A DNA stretch of 64,000 bases from the human T2T-CHM13v2.0 reference genome, Homo sapiens. The DNA is taken from the NCBI RefSeq assembly GCF_009914755.1, contig NC_060938.1. One strand, written 5' to 3'. A model generated the notes under the pieces. It saw nothing but the letters and a program-made list of their open reading frames with translations. It was not told where the DNA came from and did not search any database. Both the position numbers and the translations under genes were made by a program. Positions 1 to 18,776 of the stretch are shown piece after piece. Each line of letters begins with the position of its first letter. Position 1 is the stretch's first letter.

Positions 1-291
1 TTTTTATTTTTGTATGGGCTAAGACTATAAGACTGTCTATCAAAACTAAGACTTTCCTAGACCTGTGTACATATCAGTATACCATAATGAATATTTTTGT
101 CTTTTTTTAACAGTAATGGGAAGAGTTGATTATATAAATACCTGTTTTATGTGATTTTGATCAAGGGGTTGAACAAACAGATGAAACATTCTTCTTTTTT
201 GCTATAAATACTCTTTCTTTTTCACAAGCAAAGTGAACCTGGGTAAGAGCTATCTTGAAATGTGCTGACCTTGGCACTATCCAATTTTGGA

Positions 292-3200
292 TTAGTGTCT
301 GGCATTATATACGTCTAAACAACCTAGACTTGGGAGTATATGCTGACGTCTGACAATTGTTTCATTTATTTTGAGGTCACAGAATCTGTGGGTAAGGTTT
401 GATTTCACCAGAAAGAAATGGAGATAAATATCTACTTTAAAACATCTAGAGAACCAATCAACCCAATAACGTGTAGTGGTGACCTTAGCCAGAGATGAGG
501 CAAAAAAAAATATTCCTGAGTCTTGGGATTTGGGTAGGTTCAGAGCTAGAAGTGGACATGCTCCACTGTTGCTGGGACTTGGGGAGAAACTCTTCTTAGT
601 TAGAGGTCAAATACCAGAGAGAAATGTCGGATATTTACACAATAAAGGGCAATGTGGAGTCCTTATGTTATTCTCTGGTAGTTCTTATCTTTTCATGTGT
701 TGAATTCTACAAAAACAAAAAAGTCCTATGAAATGTTACCACCCCCTCAATGTGGTCTGCAGGGGATTAAAGTTAAGGCCTGACCCATGTTTAGAACAAA
801 ACAATACAGGAGAGAGAAGCAGCCTGCAGTGTATCAATTCATGGTGGCCAAGACAGTTCACAGGATCCAGGAGTCCAGAGCCAGAGAGCAGGATTAGGAT
901 CCATAGTGCAATGGGTATGAATTTATAAACATGCCCCAGGAGGTTCCAGAAATAATTAGAAAGAAAATCATAGCAGAAAAAAATGTGTCTAAAGTCAAAT
1001 TAGGTGAAGATTTATGGTGTTAAGAGATGAGTATAAAAAGAAAGTGTGACCCAATACTTAGTGTAATCTTGAATAATCTGTTTAATTCTCACATACTATT
1101 ACAGTAAACTTAATCTCCCACACTTTGTTTTCAGTATAAATAGTAATCTTACTTCTTTTCACTTTTTTAAGCCCTTTTAGGATTATCTGTGTAGAGTTAC
1201 CAGATTAACTATTATGATTAACCAAATTCAATGACATGATTGATTTAGCTGAATTATATCTCATGGTAGAGACATATTTGATCAGTTGTTTTGGAGTGGT
1301 AAAAAGACAATTAATTCTACCTTAGGTCTCTACTTGCCAAATTAAAACATGCAGGTTACTCAATGTTTTCTTCAAATAAAATTAACAAACCCTTTATATC
1401 TTCCCCTGGGTTTTTACTAAATTATTTAAAACTCCTCATCAAAAATGTTCAGTTGTGAAAATTAAATTTGACCACTACATTCTAAGGAGTGGTCTGGCTA
1501 GCTCTGAATACAAGGAATCACCACTTTCTGGATCTATTTGAGATCAGCAAGTAAAAATAATAATCATCATCATCAAAGTTTGTATATTTAGAAGCTTAGA
1601 TTGTTCATAGAAGAAAAATGTCATATATGAGACTTCAGTAGTCAGTTTCCTAGCATGCCAAAGATAAACAAGATAAAGGAAAAAAATGCTATCTTGATTC
1701 ATCACTAAGAAGGCAATAAAAATATTACTTCACACATGTATTGAAAGTATTTAAGTAAAATATATCTGATATATACAACACACTGATGGAGTAAAGGTTG
1801 TTCATGAGGATCGAGCCTGTCTACCTTCCTTGGAAGCAAAAATTGAAGAGATTATTTTTTTTCTTTCCTAAAGCTCTTTTCATTGCAACAGAACAAACAA
1901 AAAGAAATTTAGCTTGTTTCTTGATCATTTCTTTGGTTGTAAAAAGAGAGAGCATTAGGTGAATTATATCCTCAATAAAAGACTCTGCCATAGGGTGAAA
2001 CCAGCATCTTCATTATGAAAACAGTTGTAAGGGAAGACAATACAATCATTGAGAGAAAATGAAGTTTCACCTTCCCAAAAAAATTTTTTTAAAAAATAAA
2101 AATAAAGTATGTATTAGCTTTGCAAAAGATGGTCTCATGGTCTTGAAAGACGCCTCTCATTATTGTGTTTCCGTGAACACACAATTTCCAAAGGCAACTT
2201 ACTAATGTTTCCATATTTGATTAAGATTAGATTTAAATTTGTTTTAAGATTTAGAACAAAATATGCTCATTCACTTTCAAGTTATAAAAAATGTTAGATA
2301 ATAACATTTCATTTTTTTAAAAATCTACCTCCTATGTGCTACTTTAGCTCAAATGTTAAAATTTTAAATAGCATTTATGACAAGATTATCATTCTTAGCA
2401 AAGCAAGAAAATTAACTTGGGTTAAAGTCTTTAGCTTTTTCAAGGGTTGTCAGAATTTCAGCAGGAACTGGATTCTTGTACAAGATGGTCCAGGAAAAAC
2501 ACAGCCACTCTAAATGACATTCTTTTTTCCTCACCTTTTGTATGAGAGTCAAGAAAGGATATGGCCAAATCATAACAACTCTTCAGATCCTTCTTAGGCC
2601 CCATGTTGTATATAAAGATTTTGAGATTCAGTGATAACAGCAGAGGAATAAATGTAGGATGAGAGACAGAGTGAATTGAATTCATTGTTTTCTACAAGAA
2701 TAAACATAAGGATGAAAATACAGACCAAAGGACCATTATCTGTCAATTCAATGTGGTTTCCATGGATATTCTAACAAACCAGTGACATTTCCAAACAAAA
2801 GTATGGAGTGGGTAAAAACTTCCACAACAGTGGCCCTCTCCTTCTGGAAGATAAATATTGTCCTCTTTGTATGTCCCACTTCCAGACTTTATGCTAGTCT
2901 CTCCTTTCTATTTCATATTTTAAGATACAAATGGAAAACAAATGAATAAACAAACTTCTACACTCAGGTCAAACAGTCCTTATGTAGACAATGTAAATAC
3001 CAGTAAATGCCATATTCTCCACCATTCTCAAGTTTATGTTAACTGAAACCACCCAGCTAGAGATGAAACACAAATAGAGGCCCCAAGCTGATGAGCCTAA
3101 TTAGAAGAAGGAGTTAAAATTTTACAATGTTAGAATATTATCTTGCAGGAAGACTCTTTTTATTACCATGAAATCCACACTAAATTTAAGATGCTTCTCT

Positions 3201-3996
3201 CAGCCTCTATATCTCCTTAAAGGAACTCTTTTCTTGTTCAAAATCACACTTAGAGAGTAGAATTAGTCAGATTCCCCAGGGAGATGAAATAGGTCTTCTG
3301 ATTAATGTTTTGTTTGGGTGTATATCACTTACCCGAAACAGAAAGGCTTGTTGTGGAATTGAAATGTCTTTGATGTAGGCTGTTTACTGTCATGTTCACA
3401 CTTTCCCAGGAGACTCTAAAGTGGCTCTGCTGTTGATGGTTGCCTTGCTCGCTAAGGAGAGACCTGTTAATCAACTATCAGAATCAGTCTTAATGTTAAT
3501 TTTTGTTGGACCATGGATTGACAGAACAATTGGTGGTGACATGAGTTAAAATGAATCTGTTGCCTGCACCCAAAACTAAATACGTCTGTTTAAAAAAAAG
3601 TGAAAATGTTAAATAGAGCACAGGAAAGAAAAAGAAAAAAAAAACATGAACTCTCAAGAATTAATTGAAGACGTTCTTCCTAAGAAAGCTAAAGATCAAT
3701 TGAAATGATACAGGGAAACTAGCTTCCAGAGAAAATGGATGTTTACTGAGAATCCCAGGTATTAGATAGCAATGCTCTATAATCAGCAAAAAACTGAAAT
3801 CACACTAGTTCATAGAGCTCTAGGCTTGAATGGCACAGAATATGCAATTTTGCAGCAGGAACTCCAAATGCCAATATTACCTTCATTCAGAGACTTGAAC
3901 CAAGTGATACAGTAAAGTTTCTATTTGTTTTGGAAACATATTTCAAATGCTTCAGAGTTTTTCTTTAACCATTTTTTTAAATGCATGAATTTGGTT
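292..3996 (-). pseudogene. Putative decayed multi-exon gene remnant (candidate exons 3881-3996, 3333-3563, 2535-2691, 1153-1369, and a terminal exon from 706 down); FN3-like/membrane-protein-like, unidentified
   Basis: Five minus-strand segments with AG acceptors; the first four also have GT donors (gtaata, gtaagt, gtgagg, gtaaga). Frames are mostly open, with scattered stops and frameshifts. The 231-nt segment is phase 1-1. Homology not established. Confidence 0.4.
3394..3729. repeat. Donor copy of a ~337-bp local duplication (second copy 11763-12102)
   Basis: Direct alignment by eye: about 15 substitutions plus a few small indels. Confidence 0.95.
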
Positions 3997-4304
3997 CTGA
4001 TTTGTATATGGGATAAGATGTAGTTCATGATTAAAACATTAAGTATTGAATTTGTTTTTAGTTTGCTTCAAAAGTCTTTCTAGTTTGATCTAACTTGGAG
4101 TTTAAACTTTTCTAGGCAAAATATTGCTTCAGTATACTGATTCTAAGCAGGTAGATGGCTGACCACAAAGAGATACTTGGAGGAAGTGTGAGCCTAATAG
4201 ACCATTCTAACTGTGAGTAACGGATTCTGTTAATTATATTCCATTAGATCAAGTACATACAGTATGATCAATGGTATGCCAACTAAGCAAAGACTTAATT
4301 CCAA

Positions 4305-4978
4305 AATCAGGTGGTGAGGATGTGGAGGAATTGGAATCCTCAGGCCCTGTTGGTGAGAATATAATGGTGCAGTTGCTGTGGAAAACAGTATGACAGTTCC
4401 TCAAGAAGTTAAAAATAGAATTACCATATGATCCGGATATGCCACTTCTGGGTATATAGTCAGCAAAAATGAAAGTCAGGACTGGAAAAGAGATTTTTAC
4501 ACTTATGTCCATAGCATATTATTTATAATAGTCAAAAGATGGAAAAAACCGAAGTGTCAAATGTAAACCATTGACTAATAGATAAAATTATGCATATATA
4601 TATGTATATATGCAATTGAATATTATTCAACCCTAAAAAAGAAGGAAATTCTGACATGTGTTACAACATGGATGAACCTTGACATTGTGCTAAGTAAAAT
4701 AAACCAATCACATGAGGAAAAATACTGAAAATTTAATTTGTATGAGGTACTTAGAGCAAACTCATAGAAATAGTAAGTAGGTGGTTGTCAGGGGCTAGCG
4801 GAAAAGGGATATGGAATTTAGTAGGTAAAGAGTTTCAGTTTTGCAAGATGAAAAGAGGTCTGTGGATTGACGGTGATTTATATAGCACAGCAGTATGAAT
4901 ATACTTAATGCCACTGACCTGTATACTTAAAAATAGGTAAGATGGTCAATTTTACCTGATGTTCTACCACAATTGAAA
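4305..4978 (+). mobile_element. Old L1 (L1MB-class) 3' fragment
   Basis: Diverged ORF2 C-terminal motifs (gaggatgtggag...ccatatgatcc) and an L1MB-type 3'UTR end (ttttgcaagatgaaaag...atacttaatgccactga). Confidence 0.8.
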
Positions 4979-5704
4979 TTGGAAAAAGTTATTCAGATGA
5001 AATTATGAAAGAAATTTTTGTTCCATGTTTTATTTGTGTCATTACCATAAAATATTTCTAAGAGATGAAGAAAAAATAACTTTCTAAGAAAATATTGAAG
5101 CCCTGTGTATTAGACTCAATTACTTTTTAAAAAAGTAATTAACTTTTAACTTCACAGATGTGCAACATCGAGCAGAATAAATATCTGATCAGCTTAAACT
5201 AATTTTTTAAGAATCATTCAATTACTTATCACAATATAAGATACATGTTGTCATTATTGTTGTGGGTACTGAACTCTCATCATACAGCAGAAAGTGAGAA
5301 AATATATTTTAAACAAGATATCTCAAAGTAGGGCCTACTTAGGTGTTATACCTTTGGGGTGAATTTAAAAAGTTGTATTTCAAATGCTCTGATCATGAAT
5401 GGGAATACTGAAGTGTTGGCATCTTTTGAAAACCTATTTCATTTTTTATTTTTTATTTTTTTATTTTTTTTGGGGGGGTGTTATTTTATTTTATTATTAT
5501 TATACTTTAAGTTTTAGGGTACATGTGCACATTGTGCAGGTTAGTTACATATGTATACATGTGCCATGCTGGTGTGCTGCACCCATTAACTCGTCATTTA
5601 GCATTAGGTATATCTCCTAAAGCTATCCCTCCCCCCTTCCCCCCACCCCACCACAGTCCCCAGAGTGTGATGTTCCCCTTCCTGTGTTCATGTGTTCTCA
5701 TTGT

Positions 5705-9527
<3,823 letters not shown>

Positions 9528-9590
9528 TATGATGTTAGCTGGTGATTTTGCTCGTTAGTTGATGCAGTTTCTTCCTAGTCTCAATGGTCT

Positions 9591-10608
9591 TTACAATTTG
9601 GCATGATTTTGCAGTGGCTGGTCCTGGTTGTTCCTTTCCACGTTTACTGCTTCCTTGAGGAGCTCTTTTAGGGCAGGCCTGGTGGTGACAATATCTCTCA
9701 GCATTTGCTTGTCTGTAAAGTATTTTATTTCTCCTTCACTTATGAAGCTTAGTTTGGCTGGATAGGAAATTCTGGGTTGAAAATTCTTTTCTTTAAGAAT
9801 GTTGAATATTGGCCCCCATTCTCTTCTGGCTTGTAGAGTTTCTGCAGAGAGATCTGCTGTTAGTCTGATGGGCTTCCTTTTGTGGGTAACCTGACCTTTC
9901 TCTCTGGCTGCCCTTTACATTTTTTCCTTCATTTCAACTTTGGTGAATCTGACAATTATGTGTTTTGGAGTTGCTCTTCTCGAGGAGTATCTTTGTGGCG
10001 TTCTCTGTATTTCCTGAATCTGGATGTTGGCCTGCCTTGCTAGATTGGGGAAGTTCTCCTGGATAATATCCTGCAGAGTGTTTTCCAACTTGGTTCCATT
10101 CTCCCCATCACTTTCAGGTACACCAATCAGACGTAGATTTGGTCTTTTCACATAGTCCCATATTTCTTGGAGGCTTTGTTCGTTTCTTTTTATTCTTTCT
10201 TCTCTAAACTTCTCTTCTTGCTTCATTTCATTCATTTCATCTTCCATCACTGTTACCCTTTCTTCCAGTTGATCGCATCAGCTCCTGAGGCTTGTGCATT
10301 CTTCACGCAGTTCTCGAGCCTTGGCTTTCAGCTCCATCAGCTCCTTTAAGCACTTCTCTGTATTAGTTATTCTAGTTATACATTCGTCTAAATTTTTTTC
10401 AAAGTTTTCAACTTCTTTGCCTTTGGTTTGGATTTCTTCCTGTAGCTCAGAGTAGTTTGATCATCTGAAGCCTTCTTCTCTCAACTAGTCAAAGTCATTC
10501 TCCGTCCAGCTTTGTTCTGTTGCTGGTGAGGAACTGCATTCCTTTGGAGGAGGAGAGGTGCTCTGATTTTTAGAGTTTCCTGTTTTTCTGCTCTGTTTTT
10601 TTCCCCAT
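9591..10608 (-). pseudogene. L1 ORF1p, disrupted
   Basis: ORF 9915-10250 matches ORF1p (RPNLRLIGVPE). Extra A just after the ATG, and TGA at 10278-10280. Confidence 0.9.
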
Positions 10609-11762
10609 CTTTGTGGTTTTATCTACTTTTGGTCTTTGATGATGGTGATGTACAGATGGGTTTTCGGTGTGGATGTCCTTTCTGTTTGTTCGTTTTCCTT
10701 CTAACAGACAGGACCCTCAGCTGCAGGTCTTTTGGAGTTTGCTAGAGGTCCACTCCAGACCCTGTTTGCCTGGGTACCAGCAGCGGTGGCTGCAGAACAG
10801 CGGATTTTCGTGAACCGCGAATGCTGCTGTCAGATCATTCCTCTGGAAGTTTTGTCTCAGAGGAGTACCCAGCCGTGTGAGGTGTCAGTCTGTCCCTATT
10901 GGGGGGTGCCTCCCAGTTAGGCTGCTCGGGGGTCAGGGGTCAGGGACCCACTTGAGGAGGCAGTCTGCCCGTTCTCAGATCTCCAGCTGCATGCTGGGAG
11001 AACCACTGCTCTCTTCAAAGCTGTCAGACAGGAACATTTAAGTCTGCAGAGGTTACTGTTGTCTTTTTGTTTGTCTGTGCCCTGCCCCCAGAGATGAAGC
11101 CTACAGAGGCAGGCAGGCCTCCTTGAGCTGTGGTGGGCTCCACCCAGTTCGAACTTCCTGCCTGCTTTGTTTACCTAAGCAAGCCTGGGCAATGGCAGGT
11201 GCCCCTCCCTCAGCCTCGCTGCCACCTTGCAGTTTGATCTCAGACTGCTGGGCTAGCAATCAGCGAGACTGTGGGCATAGGACTCTCTGAGCCAGGTGCG
11301 GGATATAATCTCCTGGTGCGCTTACGCCCGTCAGAGAAGTGCAGTATTAGGGTGGGAGTGACCTGATTTTCCAGGTGCTGTCTGTCACCCCTTTCTTTGA
11401 CCAGGAAAGGGAACTCCCTGACCCGTTGCACTTCCCGAGTGAGGCAATGCCTTGCCCTGCTTCGGCTCCTGCATGGTGTGCTGCACCCATTGTCCTGTGC
11501 GCTCTGTCTGGCACTCCCTAGTGAGATGAACCTGGTACCTCAGATGGAAATGCATAAATCACCCGTCTTCTGCATTGCTCATGCTGGGAGCTGTAGACCG
11601 GCGCTGTTCCTATTCGGCCATCTTGGCTCCACCCCCTATTTCATTTTTTAAACCGCTTTTTTGAGGTATGTGTACATAAAATACAACTATTGTAATTGTA
11701 CAAATTTAATTATTTTTAGTATATTTGAACAATTATGCAACCATCACAACAACTTCATATTA

Positions 11763-12102
11763 GTTCACACTTTCCCAGGAGACTCTGAAGTGGCTCTGCT
11801 GTTGACCGTTGCCTTGCTCACTAAGGAGAGACCAGTTAATCAACTATCAGAATCAGTCTTATTGTTAATTTTTGTTGGATCGTGGATTGACAGAACAATT
11901 GGTGGTGACATGAATTAAAATGAATCTGTTGCCTGCACCCAAAACTAAATACCTCTGTTTAAAACAAAAAAGTGAAAATGTTAAACATACAGAGCACAGG
12001 AAAGAAAAAAAAAAAAGCATGAACTCTCAAGAATTAATTGAAGATGTTATTCCTAAGAAAGCTAAAGATCAATTGAAATGATACAGTTAAACTAGCTTCT
12101 AG
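11763..12102. repeat. Inserted copy of 3394-3729 inside the old L1M 3'UTR
   Basis: L1M sequence is continuous on both sides; no TSD or poly(A). Confidence 0.92.
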
Positions 12103-12498
12103 TTTCGTGACACCATAGTGTTCCTTTACCTCTGTCTGTTGTCAATTCACGTGATCACCCCCAGGGTTAGGCAAGCAGAGGTCTGCTTTCCTTCTCCATA
12201 GTTTGCCTTTTCTGGAAATTCCATGTAAACATAATTATATAATATGTGGTCTTTTGTGTCTGGCTTCTTTCGCTTAGCATAATGTTTTGAGGTTCATCCA
12301 TGTTTCAGTAGTCCATTCTTTTGTATTACAGAATAGTATTCCATTGTAAGAATATACCACACTGCACTTATACACTTTGACCAGCATTTAAGTGTTTCTA
12401 GTTTATTATTATGCAGAATGAAGTTATTGTTCACATTCAAGTCTTGGACAAAAGTTGTCACTTTCTTTGGGTAGATACTGATGCATGGAATTGATGGG

Positions 12499-12925
12499 TG
12501 ATATGGTTTGGATCTGTGTCTCCCCATATTTCGTGTTCAATTGTAATCGTTAATGTTGGAGATGGGGCCTAGTGTGAGGTGATTAAATGTTGGGGGTAGA
12601 TTTCTCAATAACGGTCTAGCACCATCCTTCTGGTGCTGTTCTTACGATAGTGAGGAGTTCTCTTGAGATCTGGTTGTTTAAAAGTATCTGGCACCTCCCT
12701 CCTTGTTCTCTCTTGTTCCTGTTCTGATCATACAACATTGCCTGCTCTGCCATTGACTTCTACCATTATTGTAAGCTTCCTGAGGCCTCCCTAGAAGCCA
12801 AACAGATGGTCAGCATCATGTTTCCTATAAAGCCTACAGAACCATGAGCCAATTAAGTCTCTTTTCTCTATGAATTATTCAGTCTCAGGTATTTTCTTAA
12901 AGCAATGCAAGAATGGCCTAATACA
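12499..12925 (+). mobile_element. MaLR solo LTR (MSTA-like)
   Basis: Termini tgatatggtttggatctgtgtc...ggcctaataca; 5-bp TSD atggg/atgga. Confidence 0.88.
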
Positions 12926-13247
12926 ATGGATCATATGATAGTTTTGTGTTTAACTTACGAAATTTACAAGCTGTCTTCTACAATGTGTTTACCATATTTT
13001 TTTTTCTGAAATAATCTAACACTTTTATTTTATTTTATTTTTATTATACTTTAAGTTTTAGGGTACATGTGCACATTGTGCAGGTTAGTTACATATGTAT
13101 ACATGTGCCATGCTGGTGTGCTGCACCCACTAACTCATCATCTAGCATTAGGTATATCTCCCAATGCTATCCCTCCCCCCTCCCCCTACCCCACCACAGT
13201 CCCCAGAGTGTGATATTCCCCTTCCTGTGTCCATGTGATCTCATTGT

Positions 13248-17067
<3,820 letters not shown>

Positions 17068-17130
17068 TATGATGTTAGCTGGTGATTTTGCTCATTAGTT
17101 GATGCAGTTTCTTCCTAGTCTCAATGGTCT

Positions 17131-18144
17131 TTACATTTTGGCATGATTTTGCAGCGGCTCGTACCGGTTGTTCCTTTCCATGTTTAGCGCTTCCTTCAGG
17201 AGCTCTTTTAGAGCAGGCCTGGTGGTGACAATATCTCTCAGCATTTGCTTGTCTGTAAAGTATTTTATTTCTCCTTCACTTATGAAGCTTAGTTTGGCTG
17301 GATAGGAAATTCTGGGTTGAAAATTCTTTTCTTTAAGAATGTTGAATATTGGCCCCCATTCTCTTCTGGCTTGTAGGGTTTCTGCAGAGAGATCCGCTGT
17401 TAGTCTGATGGGCTTTCCTTTGAGGGTAACCCGACCTTTCTCTCTGGCTGCCCTTAACATTTTTTCCTTCATTTCAACTTTGGTGAATCTGACAATTATG
17501 TGTCTTGGAGTTGCTCTTCTCGAGGAGTATCTTTGTGGCGTTCTCTGTATTTCCTGAATCTGGATGTTGGCCTGCCTTGCTAGATTGGGGAAGTTCTCCT
17601 GGATAATATCCTGCAGAGTGTTTTCCAACTTGGTTCCATTCTCCCCATCACTTTCAGGTACACCAATCAGACGTAGATTTGGTCTTTTCACATAGTCCCA
17701 TATTTCTTGGAGGCTTTGCTCATTTCTTTTTATTCTTTTTTCTCTAAACTTCCCTTCTCGCTTCATTTCATTCATTTCATCTTCCATTGCTGATACCCTT
17801 TCTTCCAGTTGATCGCATCAACTCCTGAGGCTTCTGCATTCTTCACGTAGTTCTCGAGCCTTGGTTTTCAGCTCCATCAGCTCCTTTAAGCACTTCTCTG
17901 TATTGGTTATTCTAGTTATACATTCTTCTAAACTTTTTTCAAAGTTTTCAACTTCTTTGCCTTTGGTCTGAATGTCCTCCCATAGCTCAAAGTAATTTGA
18001 TCGTCTGAAGCCTTCTCTCAGCTCATCAAAGTCATTCTCCACCCAGCTTTGTTCTGTTGCTGGTGAGGAACTGCGTTCCTTTGGAGGAGGAGAGGCGCTC
18101 TGCGTTTTAGAGTTTCCAGTTTTTCTGTTCTGTTTTTTCCCCAT
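17131..18144 (-). pseudogene. L1 ORF1p with a single premature stop
   Basis: MGKKQNRKTGNSK... is split by TGA at 17818-17820 (CGA>TGA). Confidence 0.93.
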
Positions 18145-18599
18145 CTTTGTGGTTTTATCTACTTTAGGTCTTTGATGATGGTGATGTACAGATGGGTTTT
18201 CGGTGTGGATGTCCTTTCTGTTTGTTCGTTTTCCTTCTAACAGACAGGACCCTCAGCTGCAGGTCTGTTGGAATACCCTGCCGTGTGAGGTGTCAGTGTG
18301 CCCCTGCTGGGGGGTGCCTCCCAGTTAGGCTGCTCGGGGGTCAGGGGTCAGGGACCCACTTGAGGAGGCAGTCTGCAGGTTCTGAGATCTCCAGCTGCAT
18401 GCTGGGAGAACCACTGCTCTCTTCAAAGCTGTCAGACAGGGACATTTAAGTCTGCAGAGGTTACTGCTGTCTTTTTGTTTGTCTGTGCCCTGACCCCAGA
18501 GGTGGAGCCTACAGTGGCAGGCAGGCCTCCTTGAGCTGTAGTGGGCTCCACCCAGTTCGAGCTTCCAGGCTGCTTTGTTTACCTAAGCAAACCTGGGCA

Positions 18600-18776
18600 A
18601 TGGCGGGCGCCCCTCCCCCAGCCTCGCTGCCGCCTTGCAGTTTGATCTCAGACTGCTGTGCTAGCAATCAGCGAGATTCCGTGGGCGTAGGACCCTCCGA
18701 GCCAGGTGTGGGATATAGTCTCGTGGTACACCATTTTTTAAGCTGGTCTGAAAAGCGCAGTATTCGGGTGGGGTGA
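18600..18776 (+). pseudogene. L1 ORF0 (antisense 5'UTR ORF), truncated to 58 aa
   Basis: MAGAPPPASLPPCSLISDCCASNQRDSVGVGPSEPG... A 1-bp deletion near 18772 gives an early stop. Confidence 0.85.

Noticed and set aside
2203-2271. Additional candidate minus-strand exon between C and D (donor gtaagt)
   Set aside because: Stops in all frames and very AT-rich; too weak to include.
11661-11918. 85-aa plus-strand ORF with hydrophobic stretches
   Set aside because: It is a chimera of L1M antisense and the inserted duplicate with a TTG start; there is no coding evidence.
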